This document shows positions 38,966 through 48,269 of a stretch of DNA of 64,000 bases, one piece after another (position 1 is the stretch's first letter; every line of letters starts with the position of its first letter). The notes beneath the pieces are model-generated. The model saw nothing but the letters and a program-made list of their open reading frames with translations. It was not told the DNA's origin and searched no databases. The position numbers and the translations under genes were made by a program. The stretch is from an uncultured Desulfobulbaceae bacterium (lineage in GTDB: Bacteria; Desulfobacterota; Desulfobulbia; Desulfobulbales; BM004): contig CALZHP010000001.1 in NCBI GenBank assembly GCA_945787325.1, forward strand, positions 66,214 through 130,213, given 5' to 3'.

Positions 38966-39422
38966 TAATACAACAGGACAAGAAGAAATTTATAAATACA
39001 TCCCGCATCGTCCACCTTTTCTTTGGGTCGACACAATTCTATCCCTGAAATCCGATAGTATTGAAACAGAAAAAATGTTTCATGATACGCTTGATTTTTT
39101 TCAAGGGCATTATCCGAAATATCCCCTGGTTCCTGGAGTTATACTATGTGAGGCTGTTTTTCAGTCCGGTGCCATACTTATATCTTCCCAACTGAAAGAG
39201 GGGAAAAATAATGATAATCCTGAGAAGGTACCGGTCCTTACTAGAATCAACTCTGCAAAATTCAAACGTGAAGTTCTTCCAGGAGACATTATACGCATGA
39301 AAGTAAATCTTTCAGAAACTATTGGTAATGCATGGTTTCTGAAGGGTACTGTATTGATAAATGACAAGGTAGCAGTAAAAGTTGACTTTGCCTGTGCTGT
39401 GACTGCCAATAAGAAGACCTGA
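38952..39422 (+). CDS. 3-hydroxyacyl-ACP dehydratase (FabZ/FabA-like hotdog fold)
   Basis: The track ORF starts at 38877 inside fabG. The ATG at 38952 (a 14-nt overlap with the fabG-like stop) gives MVDCNNTTGQEEIYKYIPHRPPFLWVD... with the motif GHYPKYPLVPGVILCEA. 156 aa. Confidence 0.8.
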   Translation: MVDCNNTTGQEEIYKYIPHRPPFLWVDTILSLKSDSIETEKMFHDTLDFFQGHYPKYPLVPGVILCEAVFQSGAILISSQLKEGKNNDNPEKVPVLTRINSAKFKREVLPGDIIRMKVNLSETIGNAWFLKGTVLINDKVAVKVDFACAVTANKKT

Positions 39423-39612
39423 TGAATATCGGTAGCGCAAACACCACTGCGCAGCAAAACTGTCTATAATAGTGATAATATCGCAGCGGCCTCAGGTTTT
39501 TTATCTTAGAATTTCTCAGCACCAAATAAATAAAAACTTTTGCAATACTTAGATAGTTCGATAGAAAATCTTTAATTATATCAATATGTATGAAATGAAT
39601 ATATACGGTTTG

Positions 39613-39640
39613 TTGACATGCAGAAGACAAACATTATAAA
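39613..39640 (+). promoter_or_regulatory. Putative sigma-70 promoter for tolQ
   Basis: TTGACA (39613-39618), 16-nt spacer, TATAAA (39635-39640). Lies about 50 nt upstream of the tolQ start. Confidence 0.35.
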
Positions 39641-39692
39641 ATACATCAATTTATCCAGCTCAAATCAATAATCAAAAAAGAGGATATCATAA

Positions 39693-40388
39693 GTGCAGCT
39701 AGGTATATTAGATATGATCTTGAACGCAGGAGCAATGGTGAAGTTTGTCATGTTCCTCCTGCTAGCCTTTTCAGTTATTTCCTGGACCATAATCCTGATG
39801 AAGCACAAATTGTACAGAAAGGCACAAAAAGAATCTCGCGGTTTCCTTGAAACCTTCTGGAAGTGTGCAAATCTTGCCGAAGCAAACAGGGCGGCACGTA
39901 AAGTTGACGTAAGCCCTGAAGCCGCTATTTTCAGACTTGGTTATAGTGAGCTTCAGAAAATAAGCAAAAGTTTTACTGCAGAAAACGGTGCTGAAGAAAC
40001 TCTTGATATGCAGCTGGCAACAATGGATAACCTTAAAAGAACTTTACGTAAAGCTGAGAACATAGAATCCAGCAGGCTAAGCAAAGCCCTCCCATTTCTT
40101 GCCACAACAGGCAGCTCAACACCTTTTATCGGCCTTTTTGGAACAGTATGGGGCATTATGACCTCGTTTCAGGAAATAGGTTTGCGTGGATCCGCATCTC
40201 TTGCGGTTGTTGCACCAGGTATTTCAGAGGCCCTGGTTGCTACTGCGGCAGGTTTGGCTGTAGCTATACCTGCAGTTATATTTTATAATCACTATTCAAA
40301 CAGGCTTGCTGCGATTGAAAGTGAAATGCAAAGTTTCTCAGCTGATCTTTTGAACCTAGTGGAAAGAGATCTTATCGCCGGTAACTGA
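39693..40388 (+). CDS. tolQ: Tol-Pal system protein TolQ (MotA/TolQ/ExbB channel)
   Basis: Three TM spans and the C-terminal motif GLFGTVWGIM...APGISEALVATAAGL. Followed by tolR, tolA and tolB. Confidence 0.85.
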   Translation: MQLGILDMILNAGAMVKFVMFLLLAFSVISWTIILMKHKLYRKAQKESRGFLETFWKCANLAEANRAARKVDVSPEAAIFRLGYSELQKISKSFTAENGAEETLDMQLATMDNLKRTLRKAENIESSRLSKALPFLATTGSSTPFIGLFGTVWGIMTSFQEIGLRGSASLAVVAPGISEALVATAAGLAVAIPAVIFYNHYSNRLAAIESEMQSFSADLLNLVERDLIAGN

Positions 40389-40416
40389 CCAGGCAATAAA
40401 GGACGGAATCTGTAAA

Positions 40417-40836
40417 ATGGCATTCATACAGGGAAACGGACGAAAAGGACTAGTTTCGGAAATCAATGTAACGCCACTTGTTGACGTTATGCTAGTTCTG
40501 TTAATCATTTTTATGGTAACTGCACCGATGATGACACAGGGTGTAGACGTTGATCTTCCTGAAACGACTACGACACCCTTGCGACAGAAGGAAGATCCAT
40601 TGGTAGTAGCTATCAACAAGAAAGGTGAAATCTATCTGAACAAAATAAAACTTGATCAGACATTGCTCAGACAACAGCTAACGGCAATGCCGAAGACAGA
40701 TCAACAAAAGCCGATTTTTTTAAAGGCTGACAAAAAAGTACCTTACGGAATAGTTGTATCGGTTATGGCCGATATAAAGGAAGCAGGTTTCGAGAAACTC
40801 GGAATGATTACCAAGCCTGCCGACACGAGACCTTGA
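40417..40836 (+). CDS. tolR: Tol-Pal system protein TolR (ExbD/TolR family)
   Basis: EINVTPLVDVMLVLLIIFMVTAP with the conserved Asp in the TM span. 139 aa. Confidence 0.85.
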   Translation: MAFIQGNGRKGLVSEINVTPLVDVMLVLLIIFMVTAPMMTQGVDVDLPETTTTPLRQKEDPLVVAINKKGEIYLNKIKLDQTLLRQQLTAMPKTDQQKPIFLKADKKVPYGIVVSVMADIKEAGFEKLGMITKPADTRP

Positions 40837-40839
40837 AGT

Positions 40840-41715
40840 ATGAATGTGCAGTTTATTAATAATCCTGCAGGACATAAAAGATTCGGGCCGGAATATAAAA
40901 CACCGCTGGCCCAGGCAGTTACAATTCATCTACTTGTTCTGGTAACCGCAATTGCAATGCCGTATTTTGTCCACCGCCGGCCCCATTTTCCCGAAGTTTA
41001 TACAATTGACCTGGTAAGCGTTCCAGATATAAGCCGGCCGGCACCCAGCAAACAATCGGCACCTGCCCCACAACAACCTGCTAAAAAAGCTGTTTCAATT
41101 ACAAAGCAAACTGTCCCTCCGGTCCAAACAACGCCTGAAAAAATAATTTCTCTCAAACCACGAAAACAGAAAACACGGATCAAACCAAAACCGGATCTGC
41201 AAAAAATAGAAAGGATTAAGCGTGAGAGAGCCCTTGAGAAAGTCCGAGCTGAAGAACAAGCTAAACGCCTGAAACAGGAAGCCAGAAGTGCTGCTCAAAG
41301 TGCCTTGTCAACCCTGCAACAGTCTATACGCGCATCCGGCGCTGCTCAAACAGCGGCAGAAGGTATGAAATCAAATGAGAGAGCAGCGAGCAGCGGTCCA
41401 GCCGGATCAAACGTAGCACTGGATGAAATAAAGAAAAGATACATTGCTGATGTTTATCAACAAATTCAATTGTACTGGGTACTCCCGGATCTACAGAATT
41501 GGGATGATTCACTTAAGTCAGTGTATGTTATTAAAGTTCGTTTTGATGGTATAGTTTCAAAAAGTTATTTTGAAAAAAAATCCGAAAATATTTATTTTAA
41601 TCAATTTGTAGCAAAAGCAGTTCGAGACGCTTCGCCGCTACCTCCATTCCCTAAAGAAATTGATGAAACTTTTATTGAATTAGGCCTACGGTTTACACCT
41701 GGTGGCATATTTTGA
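40840..41715 (+). CDS. tolA: TolA-like protein (TonB/TolA C-terminal domain)
   Basis: N-terminal TM, a Pro/Lys-rich linker, a charged helix (KRERALEKVRAEEQAKRLKQEARSAA), and a C-terminal TonB/TolA-type domain. Sits between tolR and tolB. Confidence 0.7.
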   Translation: MNVQFINNPAGHKRFGPEYKTPLAQAVTIHLLVLVTAIAMPYFVHRRPHFPEVYTIDLVSVPDISRPAPSKQSAPAPQQPAKKAVSITKQTVPPVQTTPEKIISLKPRKQKTRIKPKPDLQKIERIKRERALEKVRAEEQAKRLKQEARSAAQSALSTLQQSIRASGAAQTAAEGMKSNERAASSGPAGSNVALDEIKKRYIADVYQQIQLYWVLPDLQNWDDSLKSVYVIKVRFDGIVSKSYFEKKSENIYFNQFVAKAVRDASPLPPFPKEIDETFIELGLRFTPGGIF

Positions 41716-41751
41716 AGAGTGACTTAATATAAAATATCAAGAGTCTTAATT

Positions 41752-43032
41752 ATGAAATGCTTTATATCCCTGATGCTTTTGGCATTCAACATCCTTTTTA
41801 CTGTTTCTATATCTGAAGCTCGGATTTATCTCGATTTTACATCTCCAGATTTTCGCAAAATTCCGGTAGCTGTTCCCTATTTTGTAGAAAAATCACGGCC
41901 CGACCAATATATTGAACAGGGCAAAAGTATGGCAGATATACTTTCAAAAGGTTTATCGTTTCATGGTTTTATATCCGTAATTTCACCGGATACATATGGC
42001 GGACGGCAGAACACCGACTGGGAGGAGCTAAATGCACATTTTGCTGTTTTGGCCCAATACAGCAATAGTAACGACGGCATAATCCTCGAATTGCGCATAC
42101 TTGACATCGAAGAAAAACGAATGCTGTTTGGCAGACGTTATAAAGGCCCCTGGAAAAAACACAAACAAATGATCCTCAAATTTTGTGATGAGGTCATTGA
42201 GCAACTTACCGGTGAACCTGGTATAAGCCTATCAAAAATCGCTTTTGTATCTGATGCAACAGGTCACAAGGAAATTTACGTTTCAGATATTCTGGGTGAT
42301 GATATTCGCCAGGTTACACGACATCATAACCTGGCAGTTTCTCCCAGGTTTTCAGCAGATGGTAAAAAAATATCATATTCATCATATCACCGTGGAAATC
42401 AGGATCTGTACATTACAGATCTTTCACAAAGCAAAACTACCCGGGCCTTATCAAGACGCCGAGGTATGAACCTTGCTCCTGCCTGGTCTCCTAAAGGTAA
42501 AAACATGGTCATTACCTTAAGTAAAGACGGGAATCCGGATCTTTACCTTATGAATGACAGGGGTGAAGTAATTAAAAGGCTTACAGCAAATTCCGGTTTA
42601 AATGTTTCACCATCATGGTCACCGGACGGTAGTAAAATTACTTTTGTCTCCGATCGTAGCGGTACACCGCAAATCTATGTGATGGATGTAAAAAGCAGAA
42701 GAGTAAAACGTATAACATTTGAGGGTAGCGATAACAGCGAACCATCATGGTCACCCAAAGGTGACTGGATAGCCTACGCCGGATTATATGAGGGCAATTA
42801 CCATATTTTTATTATCCGCCCAGAGGGAGGAACACCAGTTAGAATTACGAAATACTGGGGAGATCACGAATCTCCATGCTGGTCACCGGACGGGCGGCAA
42901 TTAGTTTTTACACGAATTCGCAATGGTGAAAAGAAAATCTGCGCGATTTTTAAAAACGGTTCAGGAATGAGAACATTATTTAAAGCCGCAGGGAATCAGA
43001 ATTCGCCACAATGGTCAAAAAGATTGAATTGA
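41752..43032 (+). CDS. tolB: Tol-Pal system beta-propeller protein TolB
   Basis: Signal peptide followed by repeated propeller blades (PRFSADGKKISY, PAWSPKGKNM, PSWSPDGSKITF, PSWSPKGDWIAY, PCWSPDGRQLVF). Confidence 0.9.
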   Translation: MKCFISLMLLAFNILFTVSISEARIYLDFTSPDFRKIPVAVPYFVEKSRPDQYIEQGKSMADILSKGLSFHGFISVISPDTYGGRQNTDWEELNAHFAVLAQYSNSNDGIILELRILDIEEKRMLFGRRYKGPWKKHKQMILKFCDEVIEQLTGEPGISLSKIAFVSDATGHKEIYVSDILGDDIRQVTRHHNLAVSPRFSADGKKISYSSYHRGNQDLYITDLSQSKTTRALSRRRGMNLAPAWSPKGKNMVITLSKDGNPDLYLMNDRGEVIKRLTANSGLNVSPSWSPDGSKITFVSDRSGTPQIYVMDVKSRRVKRITFEGSDNSEPSWSPKGDWIAYAGLYEGNYHIFIIRPEGGTPVRITKYWGDHESPCWSPDGRQLVFTRIRNGEKKICAIFKNGSGMRTLFKAAGNQNSPQWSKRLN

Positions 43033-43167
43033 ATTTTCAGCGAGGGACTATTTTTTTATTTTCTAAAAAGATATCTTTTGTATATAACAAAAGCGATAAT
43101 TAACAAAACAGTAAAACCTTGCACTTTAGTTTATAGCTTTTAACAACTATCTGCAAACGAGGGAAAC

Positions 43168-44175
43168 ATGAATAAAACCAAATTAAACTTTCTGCTCATA
43201 ATATGTTTGTCCCCTTTTCTGGTTCAATGCTTTGCAACCACTCAGGACATGCAAAACACTAATATCCGGATGCGTACTATTGATCAAAAAGTCGTTGCCG
43301 TGCAAAAAGACTTGAAACAGACAATGGGGAAAACCGTTCAACAGGTCCAATCGCGCCAGGCAAGAGTAAGTGATCAGGTGGATATACAGCAGACCGAAAT
43401 TCTTGAATTAAAAGCCCAGCTGGAAGAAAGCGCTCATTACAACCGCCTGCTCCAGGAAAGGAACAAAGAATTTGCTACCACACTGAATTCAAGATTTATG
43501 TCGATGGAAGACTCATTAAACACAAAGTTTGATCAGCTATCCAGCAGGCTTGATGAGCTTGACCGGAAACTCATTATATCTGAAAACTCTCTCAGAGAAG
43601 TTAAAGAGGCCCGAGCTAAGGAAGCTGCTCAGCGTGCCAGGGAAGCTGCCCAGCGTGCCAGGGAAGCCGCAATGGCTGCGGAAAGAAAAGCTCGTGCTGC
43701 AAAATCTTCCCGCAAATCAGGACCGGTTGAGATCACTCCCGATAAACGCAAAACAAAACCTTCAGATGAAAAAACCAGTAACACTTCCACCAACAAGAAG
43801 AAGAGTTCAGATTCTTCGGAAGCCCTCTATAATAAAGGCCTCTCAGAATTCAAGGGAAAGAATTACAGTAAAGCAATCAATATATTCACAGAGTATCTGA
43901 ACAATTACCCCAATGGAAATAGAGCTGTAAACTCTATTTTCTGGACGGGAGAGACCTTATATGCTCAAAAAGAATTCGAACTGGCGATTCTTGAATACCA
44001 GAAAGTAATAGCCGAACACCCACGACACTCCAAGGTACCTGACGCCTTGCTAAAACAGGCTATGGCTTTTGAAAAAATAAACGATATTGATACGGCCCAA
44101 GTAATTTATAATAAGTTAGTAAAAGAGTACCCCTCAAGTGCTCAAGCGCAGACTGCAAAAAAACGAATTAATTAA
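43168..44175 (+). CDS. cpoB: CpoB/YbgF-like coiled-coil plus TPR protein
   Basis: Signal peptide, a long coiled coil, a Lys/Ser-rich linker, and C-terminal TPRs (ALYNKGLSEFKGKNYSKAINIFTEYL..., ALLKQAMAFEKINDIDTAQVIYNKLVKEYP). Lies downstream of tolB. Confidence 0.75.
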   Translation: MNKTKLNFLLIICLSPFLVQCFATTQDMQNTNIRMRTIDQKVVAVQKDLKQTMGKTVQQVQSRQARVSDQVDIQQTEILELKAQLEESAHYNRLLQERNKEFATTLNSRFMSMEDSLNTKFDQLSSRLDELDRKLIISENSLREVKEARAKEAAQRAREAAQRAREAAMAAERKARAAKSSRKSGPVEITPDKRKTKPSDEKTSNTSTNKKKSSDSSEALYNKGLSEFKGKNYSKAINIFTEYLNNYPNGNRAVNSIFWTGETLYAQKEFELAILEYQKVIAEHPRHSKVPDALLKQAMAFEKINDIDTAQVIYNKLVKEYPSSAQAQTAKKRIN

Positions 44176-44196
44176 TTGGGCAATACAATCGTATGC

Positions 44197-45573
44197 TCAG
44201 TATCTCTTTTCAGACTGGACAAAATACCTGGTCATAAACAGCAGCATCAGCAGTCCGGGAACTGCGGCAACTGTTGTTACAATGAAAAATGTTGCCCATT
44301 CCATGTTGTCCGCAAGCCACCCACCAGAAGATGAAAGCAACGTTCTGCCGAAAGCCATAAATGATGAAAGAAGTGCGTATTGAGTGGCAGTATATGCAAC
44401 ATTGCAGAGGCTCGAAAGATATGCCACGAAAGCAGCAGTTCCCATTCCCCCGCTGAAGTTTTCAATTGCAATTGTAATAGTTAACACCTGCAAATCATGC
44501 CCTGCAGCAGCCTGAACAACAAACATTAGGTTAGACACCATCTGAAGGATTCCACATACAAACAAACTTTTCATGATACCCATACGGCTTACGATTACGC
44601 CGCCGACAAAGCCACCAACAATTGTAGAGACCAAGCCAAATGCCTTACTTATATTACCAATCTCTATCTTTGTGAAACCAAGTTCTACAAAAAAAGGGTT
44701 ACTCATCACACCGGCCAATGCATCACCAAATTTAAACAGGAGAATAAAAAGCAGAATAACAATCCATCCTCTGCGGCTCATAAATTCGGCAAAAGGGCTT
44801 ATTATTGCGTCATACAGCGATTTTATGATTTCTGAACCTATGAGGCCTGAATATTGTTTTTTATTAAAATATTCTGCAATTTTTCTTTCCCGTTCAGCCG
44901 CCTCAACACTCTGCTGCCTCTCTGGTTCCGGATTTATAAGTACCGTAAAAATTCCTATGCACATGAATAAAGCCATAATTAAATACGTTTGGGACCACCC
45001 GAAAAATGTGGCAAAATAGAGAGCGCCTGCACCTGAAACGAGCATTCCTACTCTATATCCGAGAACAAGCATTGCTGCACCTGCTCCATACTGGCGTTCC
45101 TTTAGTATTTCAACCCGGTATGCATCTATCACGATGTCCTGGCTGGCGGAACAAAAGGATACAAGTAAAGCAAAAACAGCTGTGAGAAATGTTTCATTCA
45201 GCGGATCAGTTATCCCAAGACCAATAATTGAAAAAATCAAGGCAATCTGTGTGGTAATTGCCCAACCTCTGCGTTGCCCAAGTTTTCTGCAAATAAACGG
45301 TAAAGGCAGTCTGTCTATCATTGGGGCCCATAAGAATTTCAATGTATAAGGAGTACCTGCCATTGCAAAAAGGCCGATAGTTGTTTTGCTTACGCCAAGT
45401 TCGGCAAGCCAGACTGTCAAAGTCCCAAAGGTAAGGGCAAGGGGCAATCCACTTGAGAAACCCAGAAACATAATGGACAAAACCCGACGATCTGAATAAA
45501 TAGAGATCATTGATTCCAGACGGTGCAATATTGTTTCAGAATCTACTTCAGTGTCATTTTCATATTTTCGCAT
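44197..45573 (-). CDS. ampG: AmpG-family muropeptide MFS permease
   Basis: GFSSGLPLALTFGTLTVWLAE...GTPYTLKFLWAPMIDRL closely resembles the AmpG N-terminal signature. About 12-14 TM spans. Confidence 0.8.
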   Translation of the reverse strand: MRKYENDTEVDSETILHRLESMISIYSDRRVLSIMFLGFSSGLPLALTFGTLTVWLAELGVSKTTIGLFAMAGTPYTLKFLWAPMIDRLPLPFICRKLGQRRGWAITTQIALIFSIIGLGITDPLNETFLTAVFALLVSFCSASQDIVIDAYRVEILKERQYGAGAAMLVLGYRVGMLVSGAGALYFATFFGWSQTYLIMALFMCIGIFTVLINPEPERQQSVEAAERERKIAEYFNKKQYSGLIGSEIIKSLYDAIISPFAEFMSRRGWIVILLFILLFKFGDALAGVMSNPFFVELGFTKIEIGNISKAFGLVSTIVGGFVGGVIVSRMGIMKSLFVCGILQMVSNLMFVVQAAAGHDLQVLTITIAIENFSGGMGTAAFVAYLSSLCNVAYTATQYALLSSFMAFGRTLLSSSGGWLADNMEWATFFIVTTVAAVPGLLMLLFMTRYFVQSEKRY

Positions 45574-45707
45574 GTATTATGCCTAAAATATATGCAACAG
45601 TGTTTATTGCTTTATAGTAAGAAGTTACACGTCAAGGTTTAAAGATTAACAATTATTGGCAACAAGCATATTGCGGCCGATTGTATTGCGTAGAAAATTA
45701 ACAGTCA

Positions 45708-46457
45708 ATGCATTCTATAAAAATCATGAAATCAAGATTGGACAAATTACTGGTAATACAAAAACTGGCACCAACCAGGCAAAAGGCACAAGCAATGATC
45801 GGGGCCGGACAGGTCTTTGTAAACGGACATCTTGCTGATAAGGCCGGGAGCAGCTTCCCCATCGATAGTAAAATTGAGTTAAAAGGCAACCTCATACCCT
45901 TCGTCAGTCGCGGAGGGTTGAAGCTTGAAAAGGGTCTCAATTATTTTAACATTGATCCAGGCGGATTTATCTGTGCAGACATAGGAGCATCAACAGGTGG
46001 ATTTACAGATTGTCTATTGCAACGAGGCGCAAGTAAAATATATTCAATCGATGTTGGTTATGGCCAACTGGCCTGGAAGCTGCGCCAGGATCCAAGAGTA
46101 GTTGTAATGGAAAGAACCAACGCGAGACATTTAACGAAAAACGACATTCAAGACATTCTGGATCTTGCAGTTGTCGACGCCTCATTTATTTCGCTTAAAC
46201 TGCTATTACCACCGTTAATTCAATTTTTCAATGACAGTGTTTCAATCCTTGCTCTTATTAAGCCGCAATTTGAAGCTGGTAAGGGGAAGGTCGGTAAAGG
46301 TGGAGTGGTTAAGGACCCGAACGTGCATGTGGAAGTGACTTTAGATATAATTAATTTTGCTAAATCGCATCAATTAAAATGTATGGGAGTAACGCCCTCC
46401 CCCATTCTTGGCCCCAAGGGCAACATAGAGTTTTTAGTTCATTTCTTGAAGAATTGA
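45708..46457 (+). CDS. tlyA: TlyA-family rRNA 2'-O-methyltransferase
   Basis: S4-like N-terminus (RLDKLLVIQKLAPTRQKAQAMIGAGQVFVNG) plus an FtsJ-type SAM fold (CADIGASTGGFTDCLLQRGA, VVDASFISL). Confidence 0.85.
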   Translation: MHSIKIMKSRLDKLLVIQKLAPTRQKAQAMIGAGQVFVNGHLADKAGSSFPIDSKIELKGNLIPFVSRGGLKLEKGLNYFNIDPGGFICADIGASTGGFTDCLLQRGASKIYSIDVGYGQLAWKLRQDPRVVVMERTNARHLTKNDIQDILDLAVVDASFISLKLLLPPLIQFFNDSVSILALIKPQFEAGKGKVGKGGVVKDPNVHVEVTLDIINFAKSHQLKCMGVTPSPILGPKGNIEFLVHFLKN

Positions 46458-48164
46458 GTCAGCACTTTCGCTCTGTTCAGCGATTATATATAATTTTCCT
46501 TTCCATTCAAAATCATCCAGCTGTTTGAGTGGAAGCGCATTTCTTGCATATTCTGCTATCAACCCAGACTCAACCACAAAATCGCAAAGGTCACTATCAA
46601 GGTGGTTCTGCTTTGTCATGTCAGCTAGAATCCTCATGGATTCAGACATGCGCTTTCCTTTCTTGTAAGGCCGGTCAGTGGCTGTCAGTGCCTCGAAAAT
46701 ATCTGCAATTGCTAATATTCTTGCTTGTAAAGGAATTTCACTGGCCGTTAAACCTTTCGGGTACCCACTTCCATCCAGTTTCTCATGGTGCATACCCGCA
46801 AATAACGGAACATTTTTTAATTTTTTGGGAAACGGTAGACCCTCAAGCATTTTTATGGTTGTATTAACGTGATTTTTTATTATACGCCTTTCTCTCGCAG
46901 TCAGAGTTCCATTGCTAATCGTCAGGTTTTCGACCTCATCAATATTAAGCAGCGGCGTTGTGTTTCCTTCCAGTTCAAAATAGAGTGAAGAAAGTATTTC
47001 AATCTTTTTCATCTTTTCAATAGTTAGATATTCACCGCCATGATTTACATTTTTTAAAAATTCAAGGTGTTCATCAAGTTTGTCTAGTTTCTCCTGTAGT
47101 GAATGATCACTGATTATCTCCGAAACTTCGTCGCCCAACCTCTGTTTTAATTGTTCAATTACTAAGTCTCTTTTTAATATTTCTATACGATGAGTTATTA
47201 ATTCAATACGGTCACAAATAGCCTCAAGCTTGGTAGATTTATCCACAACATGTTCGGGTGTACTTATTTTGCCAATATCATGCATCCATGCCATCATACG
47301 AATTTCGGCCAACTCCTCTTGGGAAAAGGTAACATCCGAAAATTTGCCAGTGCTACATTCATTCAACTTCTTTGCAATGCGATCAGTTAAACCGGCAACC
47401 CTGAGAATATGGCCAGCTGTATAAGGAGATTTTTCATCAATTGCATCTGCGATAGATTGAACAAATGAATTCAACAGATCTTCAAGGCCCTTGATAAGGC
47501 GCATGTTTGTTATCGCAATTGCTGCTTGTGATGAAAGACTGGTTATGATTTCAATTTCGTTCGCCGGGAACTCAGCAACTTCACCCGTTTCATAATTTCT
47601 GGCGTTTAATAGCTGCAGAACCCCGATAACTTCACTTTCATGGTTCCGCATAGGAATAACAAGCATGGATTTCGCTCGATAGCCGGTCGTTTTATCAAAA
47701 TCTTTTGTACCTTGAAAATCAAAACCTTCAGCGTTATACACATCTGGAATATTTACGACTTCGCCAACAAGAGAGCAATACGCCGAAACATTACGATAAT
47801 TAAGGCTGCCATCAGGGTTGCTTAATGATATCGGGTTCCAGCTGATTGATTTCCCGGTACCTCCCATTCTGATGTTAAGAGTATCATTTTGTATAATAGC
47901 AAAGTCCAGCAGCCCTTCCTTTTCCCTCTTGATATAAAGAGTTGCGCCATCTGCGTATGTGAATCTTCGTGCTTCACTAACTATCATTTCCAGAAGTCGA
48001 TCAAGATTTTTCTCTGCAGACAGTGCAAGTCCAATTTTTACGAGCTCTTGGACATGCGAAATCTGGTGCTCAGAAAAATCTCTAAACTTATCAATAGTCT
48101 CTAAATCCATATTTTTATTCGTTGGAACAGTATCAGCACTTTTACTGTCAAATTCTTCAGACAT
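46434..48164 (-). CDS. GAF domain-containing HD-GYP phosphohydrolase
   Basis: N-terminal GAF-like region, then HD-GYP motifs WMHDIGKIS and GMHHEKLDGSGYPKGL. The 3' end overlaps the tlyA 3' end by 24 nt (convergent). Confidence 0.85.
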   Translation of the reverse strand: MSEEFDSKSADTVPTNKNMDLETIDKFRDFSEHQISHVQELVKIGLALSAEKNLDRLLEMIVSEARRFTYADGATLYIKREKEGLLDFAIIQNDTLNIRMGGTGKSISWNPISLSNPDGSLNYRNVSAYCSLVGEVVNIPDVYNAEGFDFQGTKDFDKTTGYRAKSMLVIPMRNHESEVIGVLQLLNARNYETGEVAEFPANEIEIITSLSSQAAIAITNMRLIKGLEDLLNSFVQSIADAIDEKSPYTAGHILRVAGLTDRIAKKLNECSTGKFSDVTFSQEELAEIRMMAWMHDIGKISTPEHVVDKSTKLEAICDRIELITHRIEILKRDLVIEQLKQRLGDEVSEIISDHSLQEKLDKLDEHLEFLKNVNHGGEYLTIEKMKKIEILSSLYFELEGNTTPLLNIDEVENLTISNGTLTARERRIIKNHVNTTIKMLEGLPFPKKLKNVPLFAGMHHEKLDGSGYPKGLTASEIPLQARILAIADIFEALTATDRPYKKGKRMSESMRILADMTKQNHLDSDLCDFVVESGLIAEYARNALPLKQLDDFEWKGKLYIIAEQSESADSILQEMN

Positions 48165-48269
48165 GGTTTCCCTCTGAAAAAATTATGATATATTAAATGA
48201 TGCTCGTTTGAGCAGATTATACCTTCACATAAACTGGTTCATTTTATAGTGATACTTCTGTAATACAAA

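Noticed and set aside
38952-39422. The hotdog-fold gene upstream of tolQ as the YbgC thioesterase equivalent of the tol operon.
   Set aside because: It carries FabZ/FabA-type dehydratase motifs (HRPPFLWVD, H..P..PG....E) and overlaps the fabG-like gene by 14 nt. It is separated from tolQ by 270 bp that contain a promoter-like element, so it belongs to the lipid operon.
43066-43079. Perfect 14-bp palindrome AAAAGATATCTTTT in the tolB/cpoB gap.
   Set aside because: This is a low-complexity A/T-tract palindrome, easily produced by chance in AT-rich spacers. It has no stable hairpin potential and no flanking signals.
46434-46457. 24-nt overlap of the convergent 3' ends of tlyA and the GAF-HD-GYP gene.
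   Set aside because: The overlap is real, but convergent overlaps of this size are common and imply nothing specific. I noted it only in the feature evidence.
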